The notes beneath the pieces were generated by a model. The model was not told the DNA's origin. It made no database searches and saw only the letters and a list, made by a program, of their open reading frames with translations. A stretch of 64,000 bases of DNA from contig CAWJKT010000004.1 in assembly GCA_963843375.1 (NCBI GenBank), forward strand, positions 1 to 64,000. The letters are read 5' to 3'. The stretch comes from an uncultured Pseudomonadota bacterium. Its GTDB lineage: Bacteria; Oederibacteriota; Muellerivitia; Muellerivitales; Muellerivitaceae. Every line of letters starts with the position of its first letter. The first letter of the stretch is position 1. Positions 11,244-26,195 of the stretch are shown here, piece by piece. Position numbers and translations under genes: made by a program.

Positions 11244-12660
11244 ATGGCGAGTGCAGCGGAATCCTTTGCACATCGGCGCGTCCGGCTCGGCAACGTCGAG
11301 CCGGCCGCCGTTGCGCTGCTCCGGCAGCTCGACCCGCTCATCGTCCTGCTGTGTCTGTTCGTCTGCGAGTTCGCCTATCGGGATCGCTACACGCCGGCGC
11401 TGGGCGCATATGCGACGCTGGCCTTCGTCGTCGTCCGCCACTTATTCAATCTGCTCGACATCCACTCGGCCAACGAGACGTTTTCGGACTTCTCCCGCAC
11501 CTACGCGCGCGTACTGGTGCAATGGGCTGCGGTGGTGGCCATTCTGCTGTTTGGCGCATTTGCCTTCAAGGTGAGCTCGGACCTGTCGCGCCGCGTGGTG
11601 CTGACCTGGTTCATCGCCACTCCCATTGCGCTGTCGACCGCCCAAGCCGTGCGGCGGCGCGCCAATTGGTTCGCCGCACATGGCGCGAAGGCGCCGCGCC
11701 ATATCATCGTCGGTGTCAATCAAGTCGGTTTCGAGCTCGCGAAGCGCTTGCCGCCCCATGGCTTTCTCGGCTACTTCGACTTCCGCAGCGTCGATCGTCT
11801 GGCCCAAACACTTGAGCCGGATGGCCTGCGTGGGCATTGCAAGGACGTCGCCGACTTCGTGCGCGCTCATGGCGTCAATGTCGTCTACATCGCACTGCCT
11901 ATTTCCAACGTGCCGCGCATGAGCGAGCTGATCAATGCGCTCGCGTGACACGACCGCTTCGGTGTACTTCGTGCCGGATGCCTTCGCGTTCGATCTGATC
12001 CAGGGACGCCTGGTGGAGATCGACGGCATGCCGGCGCTGTCGATTTGCGACACCCCCTTCCATGGCATGGACGCAGTGCTCAAGCGTACGATGGATCTGG
12101 TGCTCGCGGGCCTCGCGGTGGTCGTCGTCAGCCCGGTCATGCTGACGGTCGCGGCCGCCGTGAAGCTGACCTCCAAGGGCCCGGCCATCTTTCGTCAGCG
12201 ACGCTACGGCCTGAATGGCGAGGAGATTCTGGTCTACAAGTTCCGCTCCATGATCACCACGGAGGATGGGGCAGTGATCCGGCAGGCCACGCGCTCGGAC
12301 TCGCGCATCACGCCGGTGGGACGCTTCATCCGCAAAACCTCGCTCGATGAACTGCCGCAGCTGTTCAACGTGCTCACGGGCAAGATGAGCCTGGTGGGTC
12401 CCAGGCCCCATGCGGTCGCGCACAATGAGGAGTACCGCAAACTGATCAGCGGCTACATGATTCGCCACAAGGTGCGCCCCGGGATCACCGGTTTGGCGCA
12501 GGTAAACGGCCAGCGCGGTGAGACCGATACGCTGGAGAAAATGGCCGAGCGCGTGCGCATTGATCTGGAGTACCTGCGCCACTGGTCCCCGTGGCTGGAC
12601 ATCGTCATTCTCTTCAAGACAGTTTGGATGCTGGTGCGCGGCAGTAAGAACGCCTACTAG
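11244..12660 (+). CDS. wcaJ: Undecaprenyl-phosphate glucose phosphotransferase, copy 1; frameshift near 11940
   Basis: Four TM helices, then [36 protein letters not shown]. Confidence 0.88.
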
Positions 12661-12707
12661 CGTTGTCCGAGTTGCGCGCCACGTGTACTCTTCCCGGCCC
12701 CTCTTGC

Positions 12708-12783
12708 GTCCCCATCGTCTAGAGGCCTAGGACATCGCCCTTTCACGGCGGTAACACGAGTTCGAATCTCGTTGGGGACGCCA
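12708..12783 (+). tRNA. tRNA-Glu (TTC)
   Basis: GTCCCCA acceptor pairs with TGGGGAC, anticodon loop CT-TTC-AC, TTCGAAT T loop, encoded CCA. Confidence 0.97.
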
Positions 12784-12784
12784 A

Positions 12785-13876
12785 TTAAATCAATAAGTTA
12801 CGGACATGCTCGGCGATGGCCAGCGAGGCCGTCAGGCCCGGCGATTCAATTCCAAACAGGTTGACCAGCGGCACATCCGGCGCAGGGGGTCCATCGATGC
12901 GGAAGTCGGCCGCCGGTTCGCCCGGTCCGGAGATCTTGGGACGCACCCCCGCATAGGCGGCACGCAGGCTGCCATCCGGCAGCCCGGGCCAGTAGCGGCG
13001 CACGGCGGCATAGAACTTGTCACCGCGGCGCTGATCCACCGCGTAGTCCAGAGTCTGGATCCACTCCACGTCGGGCCCGAAGCGGGCGCGCCCGGCCAGA
13101 TCCAGCGTCAGATGGATGCCCAGGCCACCCGGCTCGGGAATCGGATAAACCAGATGCGTGAAGGGCGCGCGGCCATCGACGGTAAAGTAGTTGCCCTTGG
13201 CGAGATACGGGGTCGGCAATCCCGCCTGCGGGCAGCCCTCAACCGCGGCGGCCACGGCGATGGCGGCCAAACCGGCGCAATTGACGACCGCACCGGCCAC
13301 CAATTCCGGAGGCTCGCCGTTCACACTGATGGCAATGCCATTCTCCTGCAGCCACATGCGCGTGACGCGGCTGCCATAGACCACGGTGCCGCCGTGGTTT
13401 TCTAGCAGGCCGATCAGGGCAAACATATAGGCATGCGAGTCGATGATGCCGGTCAGCGGCGAGAATAGTCCGGCCACCGCCGCCACCTCGGGCTCCAAAG
13501 CCAGGACGGCTCGGCGATCCAGCGGCCTGAGCTCCACGCCATTGGCCGCCGCAGCGCGCTGAATGGCCTGAAGATTCGGCTCCTGCGCCGCAGACGTTGC
13601 CACAATGAGCTTGCCGCACCGGCGGTGGGGCACTCCGTAGCGGGCGCAAAACTCGTACAGCAGATCGCGGCCCGCCGTGCAGAACCGCGCCTTCAGTGAG
13701 CCCTGCTCATAGTAGATGCCGGCGTGGATCACTTCGCTGTTGCGCGAACTGATGCCGGTACCGAAGGACTCTTCAGCCTCCAGTACCAGGGTCTGCAATC
13801 CCTCGCGGGCGAGCGCCGCAGCGATTGCCAGGCCCACCACGCCCGCACCTATGACGACCCGGTCAATCCTCTCCAC
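12785..13876 (-). CDS. FAD-dependent oxidoreductase, L-2-hydroxyglutarate oxidase family
   Basis: GAGVVG, SSRNSEVIHAGIYY, GIESPGLTASLAIA. Confidence 0.9.
   Translation of the reverse strand: MERIDRVVIGAGVVGLAIAAALAREGLQTLVLEAEESFGTGISSRNSEVIHAGIYYEQGSLKARFCTAGRDLLYEFCARYGVPHRRCGKLIVATSAAQEPNLQAIQRAAAANGVELRPLDRRAVLALEPEVAAVAGLFSPLTGIIDSHAYMFALIGLLENHGGTVVYGSRVTRMWLQENGIAISVNGEPPELVAGAVVNCAGLAAIAVAAAVEGCPQAGLPTPYLAKGNYFTVDGRAPFTHLVYPIPEPGGLGIHLTLDLAGRARFGPDVEWIQTLDYAVDQRRGDKFYAAVRRYWPGLPDGSLRAAYAGVRPKISGPGEPAADFRIDGPPAPDVPLVNLFGIESPGLTASLAIAEHVRNLLI
12788..12800 (+). promoter_or_regulatory. IHF consensus site just 3' of tRNA-Glu
   Basis: AATCAATAAGTTA matches WATCAANNNNTTR exactly. Confidence 0.55.
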
Positions 13877-13891
13877 ACGCCACCTGACTGT

Positions 13892-16840
<2,949 letters not shown>

Positions 16841-16931
16841 GGCAACCAAGCCCTCCTGAAGGGCCTTTAGTTTGCCTGATTACACGAAGCCATGCGCGAG
16901 TGTGAGGCCGATCACATTTTCCCGATTCGCC

Positions 16932-17535
16932 CTACGGCAGCAACCGGAACACCCCCACACCGGTGGTGCTGGCGATGAACACTTTGCCGTCCGCCGCCAT
17001 GGGCGCAATGAACCTATTGCCCGCACCAAACTGGTCCCGGCCATTGGCCGAATCGGCGACGCCATTCCTCAAGGCAAAGTAATCGGCCCCCGCCAGCGCG
17101 CCCCCGCTGGCGGAGATCTTCACGAACGAGTTCCCATAGTCGCCGCCATTGGACCTGCCACAGGCTCGCGTCGGTATCGGCGTCAATGGCGTACACCGAA
17201 TTACTCTCGGTCGCGATGAACACCACATTGTGGCTGGCGCCGGCCACGGTGAGCTTGGAGAGGTACGGCGGCTGGGCGTCCACATTGCCGTCCACCGGGA
17301 GAGTGCGCAGCACATCGTTCTTGTAGGTGGTTCCATCGGTGCCGTCGGTAGGCATCGGCGAGCTGGAGGGGCTGGACGAGGTGCCGCTGGGTGAGGAGGA
17401 CCCCCCGCCTGTGGTGGTGGTGGTGGAGGCGGACCCGCCGCCACCACCACAGGCAGACAGGGTCGCGAACAGCGCAAGGATGGGCAGGGTCAGCAATCTG
17501 ACAGCAGTCGCTCGAAAGCCGCGGTCGGACATCAT
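16932..17535 (-). pseudogene. Remnant of a secreted PQQ-like beta-propeller lipoprotein with apparent internal deletions
   Basis: LSAC lipobox and S/T/G linker, then TTYKND, VDAQPPY, VFIATESNSVYAIDAD, GDYGNSFVK and a C-terminal GKVFIAST squeezed into ~600 bp with a frame change. Confidence 0.5.
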
Positions 17536-17719
17536 GGAGTCACCAGCAATGAATCGGGGCCAAGATTGCAGAGCTCAGCGCGTCTGGATAGCAGTCCTCG
17601 GTGGGCGACGAAATTGCATCGAACGATGCTCGGGCGGTAGGTCCGTCCTGACCTTTCAGCTAGCGAATGTCACAGGTTAGTGGTCCAATGCGCGGCTGTT
17701 TGCGGGACGAACCTGCGCG

Positions 17720-19443
17720 ATGAAGAGAATCGAACCCTTTGCGTTTGTACGCGACCTGGCCACGCGCTGGGACGCGGTCGCGCTCGTCATCGTGCTGGGC
17801 CTGGTGGTCGCGCTCGGGGAGGCCAGCCGCGGTCTGCTCGAGCCTCTGGCCAAGCTCAAGTCTACGCCGCTGTCGTTGGACCCCTGGCAGCTGCCTTTCT
17901 ATGCCGCCCGCACCACCTTGCGGATGTTCGCCGCCCTGGGCGTTTCCCTGGTGTTCACCTTCACCTACGCCACCTGGGCGGCCAAGAGCCCGCGTGCCGG
18001 TAAGCTCCTGGTGCCCATCCTGGACATCCTCCAGTCGGTACCGATCCTCAGCTTCATCTCCATCACCGTGGTGTTCTTCATGTCGCTGGCGCCCGGGACG
18101 GGTGGTCGGCGCCGAGTTCGCGGCCATTTTCGCGATCTTCACCAGTCAGGCCTGGAACATGGCCTTCAGCTTCTACCAGTCGCTGCGCACCGTACCGATG
18201 AACTGCGCGAAGCCGCCCGCTCGTTCCATCTCACCGGCTGGATGACGTTCTGGCAGGTCGAAGTGCCCTTCGCCCTGCCCGGACTGATCTGGAACACCAT
18301 GATGTCCATGTCGGGCGGCTGGTTCTTCGTGGTGGCCTCGGAGGCCCTGCAGGTGGGACACACCTCCCTGGCCCTGCCCGGCATCGGCTCCTACATCGCG
18401 GTCGCCAGCGCACAGGGCAATCTGCTCGCCATCGGCTGGGCCATCGCCGCCATGCTCGTGGTGATCCTGCTGTATGACCAGCTGCTGTTCCGGCCGCTGG
18501 TGGCGTGGGCGGACCGGCTGAAATTCGAACAGGACGCCACCGGCCGGCCACCCTCCTCCTGGGCGCTGACGGTGATGCAGCGCTCGCGACTGCTGTCCCT
18601 GATCACGGACGGGTTCTTCAGCCGCCGTGCGCTGGAGCAGCTCCAAGCTGCCGGTCGCCAAGCCGCGCGCCCCGCGCCGCGGCAAGCCGCGGGACAATAC
18701 CCTGCGTGACCGGCTGTTCATCGTCCTGGTCATCGCCGATCGTGGTGCTGGGACTGTGGCACATCGCCGCCAATCTCATTGCCAACACCACCGTGAAGGA
18801 GGCGCTTCAAGGTGTGCGGCCTGTCCCTGATCACCATGGTGCGGGTGTTCGTGTTCATCGCCCTCGCCAGCCTGATCTGGGTACCGATCGGGGTGTGGGT
18901 GGGCCTGCGGCCGCGGGTGATGGCCATCGCGCAACCGGTGGCGCAGTTCATGGCCGCGTTCCCCACCAACCTGCTGTTCCCATTGGTGGTGTACTCCATC
19001 GTGCGCTGGAAGCTGACCCCGGACATCTGGCTGAGCCCGCTGATGATTCTGGGCACCCAGTGGTACATCCTGTTCAATGTGATCGCCGGGGCCTCGGCCA
19101 TCCCCGGGGAACTGCGCTATGCCGCCGAGAACTTCAATCTGCGCGGCTGGCAATGGTGGAAGACCCTGGCCCTGCCGGCCGTCTTCCCCTATTACGTGAC
19201 GGGCGCCATCACCGCCTCGGGTGGCTCCTGGAACGCGGCCTTCGTGGCCGAATACATCAGCTGGGGTTCGACCCAGGTGCAGGCCCACGGCATCGGGGCG
19301 TACCTCGCCGAGGCCAGCGCCGCCGGCAACTTCCACGGCATCGTGCTCGGCACCGTGGCCATGTGTCTGTTCGTGGTCGTCATCAACCGCTTCTTCTGGC
19401 GGCCCTTGTACTATTACGCCGAGCGACGCTTCCGGCTGGCTTA
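17720..19443 (+). CDS. NitT/TauT family ABC transporter permease (two BPD_transp domains), frameshifted
   Basis: LDILQSVPIL, MSMSGGWFFVVASE, GTQWYILFNVIAG, GGSWNA motifs over several frames. Confidence 0.85.
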
Positions 19444-19453
19444 GGGAACTGCG

Positions 19454-20760
19454 ATGAATACCGCGCCACTGCTGCAGGTTAAGGACGTGTGCAAGGCCTT
19501 TCCCAAGCCCGATGGCGAGGGACAGCACATCGTGCTGGAGGGGGTGAACCTCACCATCAACGAGGGCGAAGTGGTGGGCCTGCTCGGCCGTTCCGGCTCT
19601 GGCAAGTCGACGCTGCTGCGCTGTATCGCGGGCCTGTCCGACCCTTCAGGCGGAACCCTGTCGTATCTGGGCGAACCCATCGATGGGCCCGCCCACGGCA
19701 TCTCGATGGTGTTCCAGAGCTTCGCGATCTTCCCCTGGCTGACGGTGTACGAAAATGTGGCACTGGGGCTTGAGGCCCTGCACGTCTCGCCGCCGGAGAT
19801 CCGCCGCCGGGCGCTGGCCGCCATCGACCTCATCGGACTGGACGGCTTCGAATCCGCGTATCCGCGCGAGCTCTCCGGCGGCATGCGCCAGCGCGTGGGC
19901 TTTGCGCGCGCGCTGGTGGTGCATCCGAACATCCTGCTGATGGATGAGCCGTTCTCGGCGCTGGACGTGCTGACGGCGGAGACCCTGCGCACCGACTTTC
20001 TGGATCTGTGGACGGAAGGCCGCATGCCCATCAAGGGCGTGATCCTGGTGACGCACAATATCGAGGAGGCGGTGCTGATGTGCGACCGGATCCTGGTATT
20101 CGCCAGCAACCCGGGCCGTATCCTCACCGAGATCCGCGTCACCCTGCCGCAACCCCGCAACCGCCTGGATCCGAGCTTCCGCGCGCTGGTGGAAAGCATC
20201 TACGTGGTCATGACCACGCGTCTGGCCGGAGAGGCGCATACCCGCAACGAGCGCTTCCCGGGCCTAGGGATCGGCACGGTGCTGCCGCATGTGTCCTCGA
20301 ACCTGCTGAGCCGGTCTGGTGGAAACCGTGGCAGGCGCGCCCTTCTACGGTACCGCCGATCTGCCCAAGATCGCCTCGGATCTGCAGATGGAGATCGACG
20401 AGCTGTTCCCGGTCGCCGAGACGCTGCAGATGATGCGCTTCGCCGAAGTCGCCGGCGGTGACATCCGCCTGACCGAAGTGGGCAATGTCTTCGCCAACTC
20501 CGAGTCCGATGAACGCAAGCGCATTTTCTCGCGCCAGCTGCTGAACTACGTGCCTCTGGCGGCCCATATCCGCCGGGTGCTGGATGAGCGGCCCACCCAC
20601 GTGGCCCGCAAGAGCCGCTTCTCGGACGAACTCGAGGACTACATGAGCGAGGATGACGCCGAAGCACACCTTGCGGGCCATGATCAGCTGGGGCCGGTAC
20701 GCCGAGGCGTTTGCCTACGACGACGAGAACGCCGCCTTCAGCCTCGAAAATCCGAGCTAG
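19454..20760 (+). CDS. NitT/TauT family ABC ATPase with C-terminal associated domain, frameshifted
   Basis: [30 protein letters not shown]-terminus continues in the 20319 frame. Confidence 0.88.
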
Positions 20761-21417
20761 CCAGCCCCCCGCTGCGGGGCAGTCATTCCGTGGTGCAATG
20801 CACTCGCGATGATCACTGGCAGCACATCTCTTAAGCACCAGGGCATTTTGTGGCCTGTGAAGCCATCAATAGGCGCTGCAAGCATCAGCACTGCGCGGAC
20901 GGCATTGCCTACCTGCTGATCGTTAGAGACGCCGCAGACGAAAGCGTGATCAAGTTCACGAACTGCAGCGCTCAACTGATTGATTGGACGTGATCGCGAT
21001 CCGAGAGCGCGCGCCGCTTATTGCGCTGCGATCTGTCGGCAAATCCAGACGCTGTCGATACTTCAGTATTGCGGCTAGTGAAGATCCGTGTCGACGGCTT
21101 GCATAGCTTTCTTCAAAAAACCTGTCCCGCGTGGCGCCGCAAGCTGTCGGCAATAGCAGACGTTCCGAGTGCTGCCATGCGCGTTCTTGTGAAATTGTGT
21201 CGCCGATCGCCGAACCATTCATCCGAAAAATGTGCGCCCTGTATATCAATACGAATTGTCGGCAATTCCAGACGTTCTAAGGGCTTCCGTGCTTATGGTG
21301 TTTCGTGTTTTATACGCAGCGCCGCAGTCGAGAATGTCGCGCAATTTTTTCTCAAGCATGTGTCGGTCGGCGCGGCGGTCGGTCCAGTTTCCCAGGGCGT
21401 TTGATGCAGGAGCGTTA

Positions 21418-24051
21418 ATGAAGATCCCCACCACAGCTGATCGCGGTTTTGCCTTGGCACTGGTTGCTTGTGCTCTCGTACTTTCGGGATGCGGCAGCTC
21501 CTCGAGCAGCAGCGGTAATGCCGGGACCTCATCGACGACATCTGGCGGGTCCTCCAGTACCTCATCCGGCGGAACCTCCGGTTCAACCGGCGGGAGCTCC
21601 GGTTCGTCGGGTAGTGGGACGTCTGGCACCACGGGCGGCACTTCTGGTTCAACCAGTGGGACCTCTGGTGGTTCAACCAGTGGGACCTCTGGTTCCTCGT
21701 CCGGCGGGACCTCTGGTGGAGGAACCTCAGGAGGAAGCTCCGGCGGAACATCTGGGACCAGTGGCTCGGGTTCGGGCAGCTCGGCGCCGACCGCAAGCAT
21801 TCCCCCAGTGCCCACGGGCCTGACAGCCACGGGCGGCAATGCGCAGGTGACACTTTCATGGGGGGCAAGTTCAGGCGCCACCACTTATCTGGTGGAACGC
21901 GCCGCTGCGTCCAACGGACCGTTCACGCAAGTCGCGAGCGTCACATCGACCGCTTACGTGAATACCGGCCTGACGAATGGAGTCAGCTATTACTATGTCG
22001 TCGCCGCGGCCGACTCGGCCGGTACCAGCGCGGTTTCGGCGGTGCAGGGCGCCACACCCTCCATACCCTCCACTAGCTCTACCTATGAGCTGCCCGTCAA
22101 CCGCACGACGCTGTGGCAGCCGGGGGTATCATACGCGCCGACGAGCGGCGCCTATGCACCGGCCAAACCACCGGCAGGCTGGACTGGGGGCATTCCGGCC
22201 CGCACGACCATCTGCAAGACGCTCAGTCCGAGCGGCGGCGATGACACCGCGGCGATCAATGCGGCGCTGGCAGCCTGCCCCGCAAACCAGACGGTGTTGC
22301 TGACCTTGGGAAGATTCGTCATCAGTGGTCAGGGCATCCAGATCACCAATTCCAACGTCACGCTGCGTGGATCGGGCCCCGGCCCCGGAATGCGAGGCGC
22401 GCTAAACACCTTCCCGAGCGCATCAGCAGCGACACTCTTGGTGAAGTCGGATGGCAAATCCAATGCCTATCCGGTGGTCACGATCGGCACCATCGTGTAT
22501 CTCAATACCATGTGGCAAACAGCGGCGTTCGCGGCTGACGCCACCCAGGGTGCGAACTCAGTTACGCTAACGGGGGCGCCGCCAAGCGGGCTCGCGCCAG
22601 GAGAAATTGTCTATGTCGATGAGACGTACGACAGCACTCTGACGTGGTTCAACACCTACTATGGCGACCAGACCAAGAGTGGCTATGATGGTTGGGGCGA
22701 GGGTGAATATGGGGTTCCGGTCGCCCAGTCGCGACCGATTGGTCAGGCAATGGAGGTGGCGTCCATTTCCGGTGATACCGTTACCTTTACGACGCCCTTC
22801 CACCAAACTTATCGAGTAAACCATTCCGCCCATCTGGGTCGAATTCAGCTGAGCCAGCGGACCTCATGGGTCGGACTCGAGAACGTCTTTGTCACAGGTG
22901 GTGACGGCGGTGACGGCGGGGGCAACGTCGTGTTTGGTAACGCCAGTTATTCCTGGGCGAAGAACATCGAGTCGGCGGGCCACGGCCCGCAATATGGCGG
23001 TGGTCTCGTTCACTTCTTTTCGTCATTCCGCTGCGAACTGCGCGACTCGTATCTGCACAGCAACGCGGCCGATATCCCCAACATCGCTCCTGGCGGGGGC
23101 TACTACAACATTGTCATTGACTCTTACAATGCCGACAGTCTGGTCGAGAACAACATCAGTTGGATCGCCAACAAGGTCATGGTCATGCGTGGCACCGGCG
23201 GCGGCAACGTGATTGGCTATAACTACATGGACGACGGCTACGGCCAGAGCTATCCGAATCAAGGCGAGACCGCGCTCAATGCCGACCACATGACCACGTC
23301 ACATCACGAGTTGCTGGAGGGCAATTACTCCTGGAACATGGGAACCGACAGCCGTTGGGGCAACTCGATCTACATCACGTGGTTTCGCAACTGGACGAGC
23401 GCCCAGCGTATCAGCGCCTGGCCTGGTATTGTTGCCACTTCCGTGGCAGCCGGCAATCCGCTCATAACCTTTGAATACAGCAGCGGCGGGCAGAATTTCT
23501 ACTATGAAGACGAATATAACCGCAATCCGGTAAAGGTCGGCAGCCATCATTGGTGGTTCAACTATGTCGGCAATGTGCTCGGTACTGCCTCACTGCCGCT
23601 GCTCACCATTCCGCGTTCGTACTTCAACGTACCGCAGACCGGATACGACTATCAGTGGGTCGGATCGTCCATTCCGGCATCCATCAACACCGCTCAAGTG
23701 CCAATGTGGACGCTCGGGGTGCCCGATGGCGGCGAACCGGCATTTTCTGGCAATGGACTTGATCCGTCAGTGCTTCCGGTGACGCTGCGCGATGCGAACT
23801 TTGATTACGCGACCGGCGCGGTACACTGGCACGGCATCGGAGGATCAAGCGAGACTCAGACGACGCCTCCTGGGGCATCCCAAAGCGGTGGCTCGATACT
23901 GCCCAGCTCGCTTTATCTGCCTGGTAAGCCGGCGTTTTTCGGATCGAACCCATGGCCGTGGGTGGACGGCAGCAATGCGTCGAATCCCTTGCCAGGAACG
24001 CTACCGGCACAGACGCGCTTCAATCTCGGCACGCCAAACGTCGTGCAATAG
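21418..24051 (+). CDS. Secreted lipoprotein: Ser/Gly/Thr linker, fibronectin type III domain, pectate-lyase-like beta-helix
   Basis: AGGAG RBS before ATG 21418, LSGC lipobox, PTGLTATGGNAQVTLSW..YYYVVAA FN3, DDTAAINAAL..VTLRGSG and LVENN repeats. Confidence 0.75.
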   Translation: MKIPTTADRGFALALVACALVLSGCGSSSSSSGNAGTSSTTSGGSSSTSSGGTSGSTGGSSGSSGSGTSGTTGGTSGSTSGTSGGSTSGTSGSSSGGTSGGGTSGGSSGGTSGTSGSGSGSSAPTASIPPVPTGLTATGGNAQVTLSWGASSGATTYLVERAAASNGPFTQVASVTSTAYVNTGLTNGVSYYYVVAAADSAGTSAVSAVQGATPSIPSTSSTYELPVNRTTLWQPGVSYAPTSGAYAPAKPPAGWTGGIPARTTICKTLSPSGGDDTAAINAALAACPANQTVLLTLGRFVISGQGIQITNSNVTLRGSGPGPGMRGALNTFPSASAATLLVKSDGKSNAYPVVTIGTIVYLNTMWQTAAFAADATQGANSVTLTGAPPSGLAPGEIVYVDETYDSTLTWFNTYYGDQTKSGYDGWGEGEYGVPVAQSRPIGQAMEVASISGDTVTFTTPFHQTYRVNHSAHLGRIQLSQRTSWVGLENVFVTGGDGGDGGGNVVFGNASYSWAKNIESAGHGPQYGGGLVHFFSSFRCELRDSYLHSNAADIPNIAPGGGYYNIVIDSYNADSLVENNISWIANKVMVMRGTGGGNVIGYNYMDDGYGQSYPNQGETALNADHMTTSHHELLEGNYSWNMGTDSRWGNSIYITWFRNWTSAQRISAWPGIVATSVAAGNPLITFEYSSGGQNFYYEDEYNRNPVKVGSHHWWFNYVGNVLGTASLPLLTIPRSYFNVPQTGYDYQWVGSSIPASINTAQVPMWTLGVPDGGEPAFSGNGLDPSVLPVTLRDANFDYATGAVHWHGIGGSSETQTTPPGASQSGGSILPSSLYLPGKPAFFGSNPWPWVDGSNASNPLPGTLPAQTRFNLGTPNVVQ

Positions 24052-24377
24052 ATTGAAATCGAGCCGCGGCAGGTCCAGGGCGTGCCTGATCGAGCACGTC
24101 CCTGGGACCGCCTTTGGTGCCCGAGAGGGGACGCGGTTCGATCCTCACACACGTATCTCGGAGCAGGCTCTGAGCCACGGGAACCCATACTTGCGACTTA
24201 ACATAAAATAAGCGAGTTTCGCCCACAAAGCACATGTTTGTCAGGGCCTAGCGGCCGATCTCGGTGCAGTGACAAGGTAGCTCGAAATCGCCAGTCTGCC
24301 GCCGCTGCTGTTGAATCCCGCGATAAGTCATCACGTTGCTGACCATTTCCCAAACGGTTCAATGCCGAGTTAAGGCG

Positions 24378-24393
24378 CGGCACAGTAGTTGCT
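24378..24393 (+). promoter_or_regulatory. Possible sigma-54 promoter upstream of second wcaJ
   Basis: CGGCACAGTAGTTGCT has GG-N10-GC spacing and resembles TGGCAC-N5-TTGCW. Confidence 0.4.
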
Positions 24394-24748
24394 GTGTCTC
24401 TGTGGACAAGTTGGACAGGGTCAGGAAAAGCCGCTTGAGGCCTTGCCTGGCTGCCCCTGCGGATGCGAAAGCTGCGGCCGTAGCCAAGCACGGCAGAGCG
24501 GGAGGACAGGATGACAGGCCAGCGACGGTTGATTGCTCATCCATGCCGAGGGGCAATTCGTCCGCGCAGCCTGAGAACGACATCACAATCTCATGCAGCC
24601 GTCGAATTCCTGAGACACAGTCATGCTGCAGTCACCCTTGCTGGCCATGATAATTGCCAACGCGACTCGCCCTGCCGCTGTGCCCAAGAGGTCAGTCCAA
24701 TAAGTCGCCATGGCGGAGTGCCATTGATGAGGATCCGGGAAGCCTAAA

Positions 24749-26182
24749 GTGGCAGCGATAATCGGTTCGATTCCAGACTCGCCAAGGCGCTTGTCTTCCC
24801 AGAATTCAATGCGCGTCGGCAGCGTTGAGCCCGCAGTCCTGGCCGTGCTCAAGCATATCGACCCGTTGGTGGCAGTGCTGATGCTGGGCGCGTGCGGCGC
24901 CATCTGGGGCGAACACTTCACCACGGCGCTGGGCGCGGTTGCGGTAGTGACCTTCATCGCCGTAAGCCGGATCTTCGGCCAGTCGGACCGCCAAAATGAG
25001 GGCAACACCCAGCGGCTGACCATCACATTCTCCCGAATCCTATTTCAATGGATCGGGGTCGTCGCGGTTCTGCTTTTCGTCGGCTTTGCTTTCAAAGTCA
25101 GTGCGCAGTTCTCGCGTGCCATGATGCTGACCTGGTTCGTTTCGACGCCTGTGGCACTTTATGCCGCCCATGCCATGCGCGAACGGGCACGCCGACACAT
25201 CTCCAACAGTGCCGATGCCCCGCGTTACATCATTGTGGGCGCCAATAATGCCGGCTTCGAGCTCTTCAAACGCCTGCCCAAAAGTGGATTCTTGGGATTC
25301 TTCGACTTCCGCAGTTCAGATCGGCTCTCCGCACTCATCGATCCGAGCCAACTCGCCGGTCACTGCAAGGACATCGCCGATTTTGCCCGAACGCATGGCG
25401 TGACATCCATATACATTGCGTTGCCTTTGAGCAACGTACCGCGCATCGGTGAAATGGTTCGGGAACTGCGCGACACCACTGCCTCGATCTACTTTGTTCC
25501 AGATGTGTTTGCCTTTGACCTGGTGCAAGGACGGCTCGTGGAGATCAATGGCATGCCGGCCCTGGCGGTTTGCGATACACCCTTTTACGGCATGGACGCC
25601 GTGCGCAAACGCATGACCGACCTGGTATTGGCCGGTGGCGCACTGCTGGTGCTCGCCATCCCCATGCTTCTCATCGCGATGGCTGTCAAACTCACTTCCA
25701 AAGGTCCGGTACTTTTCCGCCAGCGGCGCTACGGATTGAACGGCGAGGAAATTCTCGTCTATAAATTCCGCAGCATGACCGTCTGCGAGGATGGCGCCGA
25801 GGTCACCCAGGCAACCAAGGGCGACCAGCGCATCTCGCGACTGGGCCGTATTTTGCGTAGCACTTCCCTGGATGAACTGCCGCAGCTCTTCAACGTCCTC
25901 GAGGGCAAGATGAGCGTCGTGGGTCCCCGACCGCACGCGGTGGCACACAACGAGCTATATCGCAAACTCATCAGTGGCTATATGATTCGCCACAAAGTCC
26001 GCCCGGGCATTACCGGCTTGGCGCAGGTCAATGGATTGCGCGGCGAGACGGAGACCATCGAGAAGATGAGCGAGCGAGTACGCTTTGACCTGGAGTACCT
26101 GAGCCACTGGTCGCCGTGGCTCGACCTGAAGATTATCTGCCAGACCATTCTGGTGATCGCGCGCGACAAGAACGCCTACTAG
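24749..26182 (+). CDS. wcaJ: Undecaprenyl-phosphate glucose phosphotransferase, copy 2 (intact)
   Basis: Same motifs as copy 1; intact 477 aa ORF. Confidence 0.9.
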   Translation: MAAIIGSIPDSPRRLSSQNSMRVGSVEPAVLAVLKHIDPLVAVLMLGACGAIWGEHFTTALGAVAVVTFIAVSRIFGQSDRQNEGNTQRLTITFSRILFQWIGVVAVLLFVGFAFKVSAQFSRAMMLTWFVSTPVALYAAHAMRERARRHISNSADAPRYIIVGANNAGFELFKRLPKSGFLGFFDFRSSDRLSALIDPSQLAGHCKDIADFARTHGVTSIYIALPLSNVPRIGEMVRELRDTTASIYFVPDVFAFDLVQGRLVEINGMPALAVCDTPFYGMDAVRKRMTDLVLAGGALLVLAIPMLLIAMAVKLTSKGPVLFRQRRYGLNGEEILVYKFRSMTVCEDGAEVTQATKGDQRISRLGRILRSTSLDELPQLFNVLEGKMSVVGPRPHAVAHNELYRKLISGYMIRHKVRPGITGLAQVNGLRGETETIEKMSERVRFDLEYLSHWSPWLDLKIICQTILVIARDKNAY

Positions 26183-26195
26183 CATTGGTCCAGTC

